From Verrucomicrobiota bacterium (GTDB lineage Bacteria > Verrucomicrobiota > Verrucomicrobiia > Limisphaerales > CANJSG01), in the NCBI GenBank assembly GCA_038209745.1, contig JBBQXJ010000070.1, forward strand, positions 1 through 25,501: a stretch of 25,501 bases of DNA, written 5' to 3'. Positions 7,601 through 17,156 of the stretch are shown here, piece after piece. A program made the translations under genes and the position numbers. The notes beneath the pieces are model-generated. The model was given only the letters and a program-made list of their open reading frames with translations, made no database searches and had not been told where the DNA came from. The stretch's first letter is position 1. Every line of letters begins with the position of its first letter.

Positions 7601-8397
7601 AACTTCTCTTTTCCGAATGGAAATCGGACTACGCCACCTACACCTATCCCTACGTGGTCTGGGGCATGCCGGAGGCCGGTGAAACGGCGCCGGACTTCTT
7701 CGAACGCGGCCTGTTGCCGGCGGCGCCGGACCTCAGCCGCTACTACGTCTGCCGGAATGTGCGGGTGGACTTGGCGAAGTTCCAGCCGTCGTCGGAGAAC
7801 CGCCGCATCCTGCGCAAAGGTCAGGGGATCGCCTGCGAATTGGTTCCTCGATCCGCCTACGAGTATTCGGAGACCAAGCGTGCGGCATGGAAGGCCTATG
7901 CGGACCAGCGCTTCGGCGAGGACATCATGTCCTTCGCCCGGCTGGACCGGTTGATGTCGTCGCCCGTGATCTCGCACCTTCTGGTCTTCCGCGAAGAGGC
8001 CACCGGGGCGGAGATCGGCACGGTGCTGATGTATGTCGATGGACCGCGCGTGGCCTACTACTACTATGCGTTCTTCGAGCTGGGCGGACTCTCGAAGAAT
8101 CTCGGCATGTTCATGATGACGGCAGCGGTGGAACGATTCGCCACGGAAGGCTTCGCCGCGATCTATCTGGGCACCTGCTACTCGGAACGCGCCCTCTACA
8201 AGACCCAGTTTCCGGGCGTGGAATTTTTCAACGGCGCCTGTTGGTCGTCGAACCTGGACGAACTGAAATACATGGTGCGTCGCGAACTAAACCCGGTGGA
8301 CAAACACGCCTTCGAAACGCCGGAGTTCCTCGGCCTGTTCTGGAACGGTTCACTGGAAGGGCTGGCGGAACGATCGGGCTTCAAGATCGGGAGTTGA
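7597..8397 (+). CDS. ATE1/Bpt-like aminoacyl-tRNA-dependent transferase (GNAT fold), divergent
   Basis: CRNVRVDLAKFQPSSENRRILRK resembles the end of ATE_N. YYYYAFF...NLGMFMM...IYLGTCY...LYKTQF..VEFF resembles ATE_C (LG.../YLG.../YK..F). ATG 7597 overlaps the upstream stop (ATGA). Confidence 0.7.
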   Translation: MKLLFSEWKSDYATYTYPYVVWGMPEAGETAPDFFERGLLPAAPDLSRYYVCRNVRVDLAKFQPSSENRRILRKGQGIACELVPRSAYEYSETKRAAWKAYADQRFGEDIMSFARLDRLMSSPVISHLLVFREEATGAEIGTVLMYVDGPRVAYYYYAFFELGGLSKNLGMFMMTAAVERFATEGFAAIYLGTCYSERALYKTQFPGVEFFNGACWSSNLDELKYMVRRELNPVDKHAFETPEFLGLFWNGSLEGLAERSGFKIGS

Positions 8398-8537
8398 GCG
8401 GCTGGCGTTAGGGGGCCCATTTTGGTGCGGGGCGGGGCTGTTTTCCGATTCCATAGAACAGGCGGTTCTGACCAAGATGGGGCATTCCTGAACATCCCGG
8501 CGTGCGTCAACGTCCTACCTCACCAACCCCCAACTCT

Positions 8538-9914
8538 ATGGCATCAAAGAATCAACCCACCTTTCGCTACCAAGTTTCGCGCCGTCGCTTCCTCTACAGT
8601 TCCGCGCTCGGTGCCGCTGGCGCGATCCTGTTGCCCGGGTGCGCAACGACGCCCAACCCGCGTTTCAAGTCGCCGAACGAGAAGCTGAACATCGGCGTCA
8701 TCGGTGCCGGCGGCAAAGGCTCGTCCGACACCGACAGCTGCGCGAGCGAGAACATCGTCGCGCTCTGTGACGTGGATTCGGACACCCTCGACGAACGTGG
8801 CAAAAAGTATCCCGGCGCCCGGAAGTTCACCGACTTCCGCGTCATGCTGGAGCAGATGAAGAACCTGGATGCGGTGATCGTCGCCACGCCGGACCATATG
8901 CACGCGCCGGCCGCTGCAACGGCGATGAGGCTCGGCCTCCATGCCTATGTGCAGAAACCGCTCACACACGATGTGTTCGAGGCGCGAACCCTGCGCGAAT
9001 TGGCCCGCAAATACGGCGTGGCCACGCAGATGGGCAATCAGGGCAGCGCCGAGGACGGATTGCGCCGCGCGGTCGAGGTTGTTCAGTCGGGGGCGATCGG
9101 CGGCGTCCACGAGGTCCATGTCTGGACCAACCGGCCCATCTGGCCCCAGGGCATCGCGCGGCCGACCCGGGTGGATCCCGTGCCTTCGACGCTCAACTGG
9201 GACGGATGGATCGGCTCGGCGCCGATGCGGCCTTTCTGCAAGGACACCTATCACACGTTCAAATGGCGTGGCTGGGTCGACTTCGGCACCGGCGCTTTGG
9301 GCGACATGGCGTGCCACACGGCCAACATGCCGTTCCGCGCGCTGAAGCTTGGCTTCCCCATCAGCATCGAGGCGTCTTCCACTGGAATGAACGGGGAGAC
9401 TTGGCCGTCCAGTTCGCGGATCCGGTTCGAGTTTCCCGCGCGCGAAGGCATGCCTCCGGTCACGCTCTTCTGGTATGACGGCGGCGCGAAACCGTCCGCC
9501 GACACCACTTCCGAGATCATGTCCATGATGAACAAGGGCGGCGGCAAGAAGGAGCTGCCCACCAGCGGCTGTCTTTTGGTCGGCGACAAGGGCCAGCTGT
9601 TCTCGCCCGACGACTACGGTGCGAAGTTCTTCCTGCTGCCGGAAAAGAACTTCGAAGGCTACCAGGGCCCCGCCATCACCATTCCTCGTTCGCCCGGTCA
9701 TTACGTCGAGTGGATCAACGCCTGCAAGGGCGGCCCCGCGCCCTACTCGAACTTCGAGATCGCGGCCTACCTGACCGAGATCATCCTGCTCGGCTGTGTG
9801 GCGCTGCGAGCCGGCAAGAAGATCGAGTGGGACGGACCCAACCTCCGGGCGACGAACGCGCCGGAAGTCACGGAATACGTCCGTCGCAAGTATCGCGCCG
9901 GCTACAGCCTGTAG
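8538..9914 (+). CDS. Gfo/Idh/MocA-family oxidoreductase, Tat-exported, probable lipoprotein
   Basis: SRRRFL twin-arginine motif, LLPGC lipobox, IGVIGAGGKG Rossmann motif, VATPDHMH, YVQKP, QMGNQG, and WRGWVDFGTGALGDMACH. Confidence 0.9.
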   Translation: MASKNQPTFRYQVSRRRFLYSSALGAAGAILLPGCATTPNPRFKSPNEKLNIGVIGAGGKGSSDTDSCASENIVALCDVDSDTLDERGKKYPGARKFTDFRVMLEQMKNLDAVIVATPDHMHAPAAATAMRLGLHAYVQKPLTHDVFEARTLRELARKYGVATQMGNQGSAEDGLRRAVEVVQSGAIGGVHEVHVWTNRPIWPQGIARPTRVDPVPSTLNWDGWIGSAPMRPFCKDTYHTFKWRGWVDFGTGALGDMACHTANMPFRALKLGFPISIEASSTGMNGETWPSSSRIRFEFPAREGMPPVTLFWYDGGAKPSADTTSEIMSMMNKGGGKKELPTSGCLLVGDKGQLFSPDDYGAKFFLLPEKNFEGYQGPAITIPRSPGHYVEWINACKGGPAPYSNFEIAAYLTEIILLGCVALRAGKKIEWDGPNLRATNAPEVTEYVRRKYRAGYSL

Positions 9915-9929
9915 GCCGCGCCTACTTCG

Positions 9930-9968
9930 ATCCCGCCGCCTGATAAAGGCGGCGGGATTTTTGCTTTT
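9930..9968 (+). terminator. Rho-independent terminator
   Basis: Perfect 12-bp stem ATCCCGCCGCCT / AGGCGGCGGGAT with a 5-nt loop, followed by TTTTGCTTTT, 15 nt after the oxidoreductase stop. Confidence 0.85.
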
Positions 9969-10034
9969 GGGGTGCTTCCGTAAACCGGCTCCTTGAGCTG
10001 CCGCGGGAGATCGTCCATCGTTCTCAACACATCT

Positions 10035-11336
10035 ATGCGCGCCAAGACCCTCGTCCTCGCTCTGTCGCTTCTCGTTTCCTTGACCGCTCCGGCCCAGGAG
10101 CTGGAGACCCGCCCCAATCTGCCCGGCCTCGAGAAGTTCTCTCCGGTCAAGGCGCCGAAGCCGTCCGGCCTGCTTCTGAAGAAGGGCGACCGGCTCGCCA
10201 TCATCGGCGACTCGATCACGGAGCAGCGCCTCTACTCACGGATGATCGAGACCTACCTGACGGCCTGCACGCCGGAGCTGGGCATCACGGCTCGGCAGTT
10301 CGGCTGGAGCGGCGAGACGGCCGAGGGCTTCGTGCGCCGGATGACGAACGACACGCTGCGCTTCCATCCCACCGTCGCCACCACTTGCTACGGCATGAAC
10401 GACCACCGTTATCGTCCCTATGACGAGCCCAACGCGCAGTGGTATCGGATGAACCAGACCACCGTGGTGCGCGCCCTGAAGGACGCCGGCGCCCGGGTCG
10501 TCCTCGGATCGCCCGGTTGCGTCGGCAAGATGCCGTCCTGGGTCAAAAGCGCCGACGGCACCATCGACGACCTCAACGACAGTCTCTGCAAGTTCCGCAA
10601 CATCGACATCGAGATCGCGAAGTCCGAGGGCGTGAACTTCGCCGACGTCTTCTGGCCGATGCTGACGAGCTTCGTCGACGGACGTCAGCGCTACGGCGAC
10701 GACTACTACATTTCCGGCAAGGACGGCGTGCATCCCGGCCTCGCCGGCCAGATCGTCATGGCCCATGCCTTCCTGAAAGGCATGGGGCTCGACGGCGACA
10801 TCGGCGCTTTCACGGTCGATCTTGGGGCGGACAAAGCGACGGCCAGCGCGGGCCATGAAGTGGTGGGATTTGCCAACGGGGAACTGAAGCTGAACAGCTC
10901 TCGCTATCCCTTCTGCGCCCAGGGCTCCTTGAACGAGGACAACTCCATCCGCTCCGGCATGACGCTCGTTCCGTTCAACCAGGAATTGAACCGCTTCATG
11001 CTCGTGGCCAAAGGCGGCAGCGCGGCCAAATACAAAGTGACCTGGGGCTCCGCGTCCAAGACCTACACCGCCGACGAGCTGGCCAAGGGAGTCAACCTCG
11101 CGGCCGACTTCGCGGTGAATCCCTTCACCGCCGCGTTCGAAAAGGTGGACGCCGCCGTCGCGGCCAAGCAGGAGTATGAAACCCGGCAGATCAAGATGCT
11201 CTTCCACGGTCCCGAAGGCCATGCCGACCCGGACATGACGGCCACGTTGACCGAGGAAGCGCGCGCGCCTTTGGCGGCCGCCATCGCTCGTTCCCATCCC
11301 GCCGTGGAACACACGATCCGTATCGCGGCAGAGTGA
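10035..11336 (+). CDS. Secreted SGNH/GDSL hydrolase (esterase)
   Basis: Signal peptide MRAKTLVLALSLLVSLTAPA. Block I GDSIT, block II GWSGET, block III GMND, block V DGVHP. Confidence 0.88.
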   Translation: MRAKTLVLALSLLVSLTAPAQELETRPNLPGLEKFSPVKAPKPSGLLLKKGDRLAIIGDSITEQRLYSRMIETYLTACTPELGITARQFGWSGETAEGFVRRMTNDTLRFHPTVATTCYGMNDHRYRPYDEPNAQWYRMNQTTVVRALKDAGARVVLGSPGCVGKMPSWVKSADGTIDDLNDSLCKFRNIDIEIAKSEGVNFADVFWPMLTSFVDGRQRYGDDYYISGKDGVHPGLAGQIVMAHAFLKGMGLDGDIGAFTVDLGADKATASAGHEVVGFANGELKLNSSRYPFCAQGSLNEDNSIRSGMTLVPFNQELNRFMLVAKGGSAAKYKVTWGSASKTYTADELAKGVNLAADFAVNPFTAAFEKVDAAVAAKQEYETRQIKMLFHGPEGHADPDMTATLTEEARAPLAAAIARSHPAVEHTIRIAAE

Positions 11337-11550
11337 GCCGCGGATCCGGTGAGGGGCAGGGGACTTTCCAGGAAGGAGTCGATCGAAGGATCGGCGGTTG
11401 GCGTTTCACCGCCGTCGAGACGGCCCCATCCAGTTCGAATCGTCTTCCGCTGTTCCTGGGGAATTGGCTCTCTTGGGCGAGCTGAACTTTTTCCAGGACG
11501 GCTGGATTCACGGGCCTTCAGAGTCCGTCTCGGGCGACGAGGTGTCGGGG

Positions 11551-14190
11551 CTATTCGAAGCCGCTACCGGCCGGCTTGGTGGGTTTCCGGACGGAGGTGG
11601 CCTGCGGCAAGGGCGGGGTGATCAGGTTCAACTCGTGGATCGACCAAAAGAGCCCGTCGACCGAGCCGGTCTGGTTGATCCGGATGAACTTGGCCGAGAC
11701 GGGCCGGAAAAGGATTTCGAGCAACGCCTTGTGCCCTTTCCCTTTTGCGATCGGGGTTCCCCAGTTCTGCCCGTCGCCGGATATCTGGACGGTGTAGCCA
11801 CGCGGATAATCCCCGGTGGAACCGGCGGCATCGAGGAGGATGCCGGAAATCCGGGTGGCCGCAGGCAGTTCGATCTGGAACCACATGCCCGGCCGTTGGC
11901 TGGTGCCGGTGTCGAATCGGGTGCCAAGATCTCCGTCGATGGCGGCCTTGACCTTGTCGTTGTTTTGGCTGGCGGAAAGTTTCCAGGCGGCGCGATTGGT
12001 CAGAAACTGGGGCAGGGAGGCGACCAGTTCGTCCACGGTCCACGGCTCGGTGCGGTTGGCCAATCCAGCCCGCAAGCGGGCGACTTCGTTGGTGCCGACC
12101 GAGGATGCATGGTTCCCGAAGCTGTTGCGGACGTAGGACGACACGGCGGCGATCCAGGCGTCGTCGTTGCTTTCCATCGAGACCATCTGGGCGTCGTATT
12201 TCTTGCCTGCGACGGGGCCGGTCAATCCCTTGAGGAGGACTTTGACCACGCCTTCGCGCGGTCCGCCGACGGTCTTCGAGCCGGCGAGCGAAGGGGCGAG
12301 GGTCGTGCCGGGGGCGGCTCCGGCGAGGGGCATTCCTTTGCCGTCGTCGCCGTGGCAGCTGAAACACAGTTCCTTGTAGATGGTCTGGCCTTTTTTGAGG
12401 ACACGACGGTCGTCGGCGGTCAGTCCGTCGGCGCCCGGAGGCGGGGCAAGCAGGCGTTCCGCGACCGTCTTCACCCCGGCGAACGAACTGGCGGAGCCGG
12501 TGCTCTCGACCAATTGCTCGGAGCCGTGCAGGCCCAACATCCGGGACGTCATCATGGCCTGCATGACCACGGCGGCATCGGGGTCCTTCAGCATGGCGAG
12601 GATGTCCGGCTCGAGCGCGGGGTCGCGTTGCTTGAAGAGGTGTTCGCCGGCGCGGATCGCGGCGAGGCGCACTTGCGGATGGCGGTCCTTCAGCGTCTCC
12701 CGGATGAAGACGGGGTCGATCGAGTCCAGGCCTTCCAGGGTCCAGAGGGCGTGGATGCGGGCGAGATGGTCGGGATGGGTAAGGGCCATCTGCCGCAGCG
12801 CAGGCACCACGGACGTGTCGCCTTTGAGCACGAGAAGCTTTTGTGCGGTGTCGCGCCACCAGCCGTTGGGGTGGGCGAGATGGGCGACGAGTTCGGCGGG
12901 CGATTCGTCGAGCATGTGGGGCTGGGGGCCGGGTTTGAAATCGTCGTGGACCAGGCGCCAGATGCGGCCGCGACCGAAATTGTTCTGGAGTCCGTTCTCT
13001 TCGATCCTGGGCCGGAGGAACGAGCCGGGCCGGGTCCAGTTGCCCTCCTGAATGATGCCGCGATACATGTCCACGATGTAGAGCGTGCCGTCGGGGGCGG
13101 TGACCATGTTGACGGGGCGGAAGTTCGGATCGCTGGAGCGGATGAACTCGGACTTCTCGTAGGGATTGCTGAGATAGGTCAGGCCTTCGCGGACCTCGAC
13201 CTTGGCGCGGCGGATGAGTCGGCCGACGGGTTCGCCGAACAGGAGGTCGCCGCGCAGATCGGCGGGCAGGCGGTCGCCGCGGAAGATGTCGTCGCCGCAG
13301 GTGGCGGTGAAGTGGTTCAGGGTCTTGTCTTCGGGGCGGAAGCGGACTTCGCCGCCCTGGACGTCGGCCAGGCCGACGATCGGCCAGACTTCGCGGAAGC
13401 CGGGAGCGACTTCGCTGGGGAGGCGGAAATCGAGGTAGGCGATGGGGACCTGGAAGTTGAGCGGCCCGACTTCTCCGCCGGCGTTGATGAACCAGGGCTT
13501 GCCGTAGTTGTCCTGGGTGAGTCCCCACTGGCCGCCGTTCGGATGGGTGTCCTCGCGGACCACATTGGTGCCCACGAGACGCAGCCGATAGGCGTTCACG
13601 GCCTGGTAGATCCAGTTGTCCTGGCTCCAGATGAGGCCGCTCTGCTGGTGCTCGAGGTTTCCGCCGCGTCGGCCTCCCTTGTAGAAAATCTCCTTCGTGT
13701 CGGCCACGCCGTCGCCGTCCGTGTCGCGGTAGAGATACAGATCCTCCGTGTCGGTCTCGTTGATCAGGAGCCCGTCGGCCAACGGCAGGATCATGCGGGG
13801 CAGCACCAGCTTGTCGGCGAAGACAGTGTGGCGGTCGAAGTTGCCGTCGCCCTTGGAGGACCAATGGAGGGAGACACGACCAACGGGCGCGTTCTCGTCC
13901 GTGCCGTCGATGTCCTGCATGTAGCTGCGCAGTTCCGCGACGAACATGCGGCCATTGCCGTCGAACGCGGCCACGACAGGTTCCCGGATGATCGGATCGG
14001 TGACGACGGGCTCCAGATGATAGCCGGGTTGAAGCTGGAAGGCCTTCAGGCTCTCCGACACGTCGAGGTAGGGGACTTGCCGGATCTTGGGCGTCGCGGG
14101 CGGGACCTCCGCGGCGGCCTGGGCCCTTGGCGCGGCGACGACGAGGGAAACTGCGGCAAAGGCGCGGGTCAGGTTGACGATTGGCTTCAT
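11551..14190 (-). CDS. PVC-type haem-binding membrane-bound dehydrogenase-like protein (beta-propeller, HEAT-like repeats, cytochrome c, F5/8 type C domain)
   Basis: Signal peptide from ATG 14190. SLKAFQLQPGYHLE..EPV..FDGNGRMFVAE, FRPVNMVTAPDGTLYIVDMYR, GRGRIWR, HPNGWWRDTAQ, CFSCH haem motif, and a C-terminal discoidin-like AAIDGDLGTRF...WFQIEL...WSIHEL. Confidence 0.85.
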   Translation of the reverse strand: MKPIVNLTRAFAAVSLVVAAPRAQAAAEVPPATPKIRQVPYLDVSESLKAFQLQPGYHLEPVVTDPIIREPVVAAFDGNGRMFVAELRSYMQDIDGTDENAPVGRVSLHWSSKGDGNFDRHTVFADKLVLPRMILPLADGLLINETDTEDLYLYRDTDGDGVADTKEIFYKGGRRGGNLEHQQSGLIWSQDNWIYQAVNAYRLRLVGTNVVREDTHPNGGQWGLTQDNYGKPWFINAGGEVGPLNFQVPIAYLDFRLPSEVAPGFREVWPIVGLADVQGGEVRFRPEDKTLNHFTATCGDDIFRGDRLPADLRGDLLFGEPVGRLIRRAKVEVREGLTYLSNPYEKSEFIRSSDPNFRPVNMVTAPDGTLYIVDMYRGIIQEGNWTRPGSFLRPRIEENGLQNNFGRGRIWRLVHDDFKPGPQPHMLDESPAELVAHLAHPNGWWRDTAQKLLVLKGDTSVVPALRQMALTHPDHLARIHALWTLEGLDSIDPVFIRETLKDRHPQVRLAAIRAGEHLFKQRDPALEPDILAMLKDPDAAVVMQAMMTSRMLGLHGSEQLVESTGSASSFAGVKTVAERLLAPPPGADGLTADDRRVLKKGQTIYKELCFSCHGDDGKGMPLAGAAPGTTLAPSLAGSKTVGGPREGVVKVLLKGLTGPVAGKKYDAQMVSMESNDDAWIAAVSSYVRNSFGNHASSVGTNEVARLRAGLANRTEPWTVDELVASLPQFLTNRAAWKLSASQNNDKVKAAIDGDLGTRFDTGTSQRPGMWFQIELPAATRISGILLDAAGSTGDYPRGYTVQISGDGQNWGTPIAKGKGHKALLEILFRPVSAKFIRINQTGSVDGLFWSIHELNLITPPLPQATSVRKPTKPAGSGFE

Positions 14191-14538
14191 GGGCTGGAGC
14201 GGTCTTGTCGGCGGAATTTGGATCACGGACTGCGCGCGGTTCGGAACGAAGGGCGGCACGCGGTGTGGGACCGAGGCTAGCGTTCCCCTATTCAGCATGG
14301 GAACAAAAGATCTCCTCCTAATTTGGCGAGGACCCCATGGCGCGCCGAAGCGGACCGGCCGGGCAGAGCTCAGCCGATCGGTGGCGGGGATCGGGATGAG
14401 GGGAGGAGCCGACGAGTCCCAATCGGATGGGTCATGCCCAATTATCGTGCGGCGTCCGCCGGGGCGTCGCGGACGGCGGGACTGCCGCAGGCGTGCGAGC
14501 CGAGATCGAGCAGCGTGCGGATAACGCCCCGGGAGCGG

Positions 14539-15792
14539 CTAGCCGATGAACAGCGGGACCATGTGACGGGCGTAGATGTTCTCGGTCACGTTCTTGGCGA
14601 CGACCGCCTCGTTCGCCTCCAGCAGGTCGAGGTAGCGGGCCCCCTTCTTGGCGGCCAGCTTGAACGAGACGTGGACGAGCTGGCGGAGGCTGGCGTTGAA
14701 TTCCGGATGGCCGGGGATGTGCCGCAGCGCATTGGCGAGCTGCGTTCCGGTCCAGCCGTTGACCGTCTCGGCGGAGGGCAGTTTGGCGCGGTCGATGTCG
14801 ATGACCGAAGCGTAGGGGCCGCACAGCTCGTCGATGTGTTCCAGCGCGTAGGCGTAGATCTCCTTGGCGAGGGCGAGTCCGTCGCCGCCCGCTTCGGACA
14901 GGCCGATCATCTCCTCCAGCCAAGTGGTGCCGGCGGTCTTGATGTGGAGGCCGGCGCCGGTGCGCTGGAGGGCGCGGCGGATGATCGGGTAGAGGGAGAA
15001 TTTGTCGCTGCCGCTGTGGACGCTCAGCTTGAGGTTCGTGGGCAAACCATAGCGGGCTATCGCGTGGGCGATGACGGCGAGGTCGTCGTTGAACTCGCGT
15101 TCGAACTGGGCGAGGTCGCCCACGTAGTCCACGCCCTTGTTGAAGCGGCCGGTGAACTTCGGCGCGATGGTCTGCACGCGGAGGCCTTCGTCGGCGAGCA
15201 GGGTGAGGATGACGAGCAGTTCGGGCGGGGTCTGGGGAGCGTCGGTCTCGTCCATGGAGACCTCGGCGATGAACTTGCCTCCGCCTCCCTTGGCCGTGGC
15301 GATGTGGCGGTAGATCTTGCCGGCCTCCTGGACGGCCAGCAGGTATTTGCCGGCGATGCGGGCGAGCTCGGATTCGGTGGTGACGAACGGCTCGGCGATC
15401 CCGGGAATGCGGATTTCGCCGATCAGTTCCGGATGCTTCTGGAGGAAGGAGCTCAACGCCTCGGGCGCGGCGGGCTTGGCGATGCTGTCGGCGACATCAA
15501 GCGTGAAGAAATCGGAGCAGCCCAGGAAGCGCTCCACCGTGTCGAGCCGGATGTGGTCGGCGTCGACATGCCACGCATGGCTCCAGCCGGCGGACTGGAC
15601 CGCCGCTTGGGCTGCATCGAAGACCGACTGCGGCTCAGAGCCGATGAAGCTGTGCTCGCGGTTGGATTTGTTCCAGACCGGGGAGACGATGATGCCCTTG
15701 TCGGCCAGCATCTGGAAGGCGTGGAGCTGGGCCTTGGCCTGGTGGGCGAAGCGGTCGCCGACGCCGAATGAGAAACGTTCGAGAGTGTGCAT
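14539..15792 (-). CDS. uxaE: Tagaturonate/fructuronate epimerase family protein
   Basis: SFGVGDRF, VDADH, EVSMDET, LSVHSGSDKFSLY and HIKTAGTTWLEE are characteristic UxaE-family motifs. 417 aa from ATG 15792. Confidence 0.85.
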   Translation of the reverse strand: MHTLERFSFGVGDRFAHQAKAQLHAFQMLADKGIIVSPVWNKSNREHSFIGSEPQSVFDAAQAAVQSAGWSHAWHVDADHIRLDTVERFLGCSDFFTLDVADSIAKPAAPEALSSFLQKHPELIGEIRIPGIAEPFVTTESELARIAGKYLLAVQEAGKIYRHIATAKGGGGKFIAEVSMDETDAPQTPPELLVILTLLADEGLRVQTIAPKFTGRFNKGVDYVGDLAQFEREFNDDLAVIAHAIARYGLPTNLKLSVHSGSDKFSLYPIIRRALQRTGAGLHIKTAGTTWLEEMIGLSEAGGDGLALAKEIYAYALEHIDELCGPYASVIDIDRAKLPSAETVNGWTGTQLANALRHIPGHPEFNASLRQLVHVSFKLAAKKGARYLDLLEANEAVVAKNVTENIYARHMVPLFIG

Positions 15793-15955
15793 GAAAGGAA
15801 TTCTCCGGATCGTGCCTGTCGGTGTCTTCGGTTGGCAAGACGGGCGGGGTGCAGTTTTTGCCGGGATCCGGTGCAAAGCGAAGACCGTGGAGCGGGGCGG
15901 ACGAAGAACGCAAGTTTTGGGGAGCTTTTCCGGATCACGGCCGTCTAATCGCGAC

Positions 15956-17137
15956 ATGAAGACACGCGCTCTTATCCTTCTGCTTCTGGCGGCGTTGATG
16001 GTCGGCAGAGCGGAGGCTCGCATCAAGCTGGTCGCGCTGCCGGACCGGGCCCGCACGGTGGTTTCGTTGGCCCAACTGGGTTCGACGCTGGTCGAGGAGG
16101 AACGCGTCATCTCGCTGCAAAAGGGGGTGAACTCCATCGACTTCTCCTGGAGCGGGGTCGGCATCGACGCCGATTCGATCCAGGTGCAGGTGCTGGGCAC
16201 CACGAACGTCGTCCTGCTCAACACCAGTTTCCCGCCGAACGAGCAGTCCTTGATCTGGGAGTTCAACAGCCCCGCAGCCAAGGAGGAGCGCGTGCGGATC
16301 TCGTATCTCCTGAGTGGCGTGAACCGGGACGTGGTCTACAGGGCCGTCGCCGCTCCGGACGAGAAGTCGCTCACTCTGCGCACCTATCTGCGGCTCCGGA
16401 ACGATTCCGGAGAAGACCTGGAAGACGCCGAGCTGGCACTCGGATTCGGTGCGGATCTGAAGAAGTCCGTCGCCCACGAGGAGGTGCTGGAAATGCAGGT
16501 GGGCCGCACCGAGGGGGTGCCCGTGCGCAAGGTGCTCAATTGGGATTCGCAGGCGCAGGCGTGGGATCCGGAATACGAGAAGAACACGGTGGGCCTGCCC
16601 CTGACCTATCTGATGACCAATTCCGTCGCGGGCAAGCTGGGCCAGTTCACGTTGCCCTATGGAAAGGCCCGCATCTTCATCAAGACGAAGGATGCCCCGG
16701 CCGACGCGGGTGGCGAGACCACGGACGGAGTTGCCTTCACCGGAGAAGACTGGGTGCAGCTCACCCCGTTGGACCGGGAAGTGAAGCTGACCATCGGCCA
16801 AAGCCGCGACGTGAAGGTCACGCAGCGGCAGGTGAAGAACGACCGGATCAATATCCGCCGGAACACGAGCAACCAGGAAGTCGTCTGGGACACGGAAGAG
16901 GAGTTTCGGATCGAGGTGGAGAACTTCAAGAAGACGCCGGTCGATCTCGTCGTCACGCAGCACGTCCCGGGCTATTGGAAACTGGATTCCAGCAGCCATC
17001 CCTACGCGAAGAAGGACGCCTTCACCTTCGACTTTCCCCTGACGCTGGCCAAGGAGACGACGGGCACGAACAAGACGGTGGTCACCTTCAAGCTGAACCG
17101 GCTGAACGTGCAGGGCGACGAACCGCAGAACTACTGA
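15956..17137 (+). CDS. Secreted DUF4139/DUF4140-like protein (paralogue 1)
   Basis: Signal peptide MKTRALILLLLAALMVGRAEA. LVEEERVISLQKGVNSIDFSW..IDADSIQ, LRNDSGEDL, LPYGKARIF, FTGED..TP..EVKLTIG..DVKV. Confidence 0.7.
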   Translation: MKTRALILLLLAALMVGRAEARIKLVALPDRARTVVSLAQLGSTLVEEERVISLQKGVNSIDFSWSGVGIDADSIQVQVLGTTNVVLLNTSFPPNEQSLIWEFNSPAAKEERVRISYLLSGVNRDVVYRAVAAPDEKSLTLRTYLRLRNDSGEDLEDAELALGFGADLKKSVAHEEVLEMQVGRTEGVPVRKVLNWDSQAQAWDPEYEKNTVGLPLTYLMTNSVAGKLGQFTLPYGKARIFIKTKDAPADAGGETTDGVAFTGEDWVQLTPLDREVKLTIGQSRDVKVTQRQVKNDRINIRRNTSNQEVVWDTEEEFRIEVENFKKTPVDLVVTQHVPGYWKLDSSSHPYAKKDAFTFDFPLTLAKETTGTNKTVVTFKLNRLNVQGDEPQNY

Positions 17138-17156
17138 ACCGGAAGGAACCGAAGCC

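Noticed and set aside
9911..9925. GTAGGC-CGC-GCCTAC mini-hairpin resembling a GTAG-type REP
   Set aside because: Only a 6-bp stem, a single copy, and overlapping a stop codon; it could be chance.
11337..11550. 214-bp gap between convergent genes with weak inverted similarity
   Set aside because: The pairing is too imperfect to call a terminator, repeat or ncRNA by eye.
11398..14280. 960-aa plus-strand ORF (likewise 14323..15771 + and 19557..22868 +)
   Set aside because: These are antisense shadows of well-supported minus-strand genes, a common effect of high-GC codon bias. They carry no recognisable motifs.
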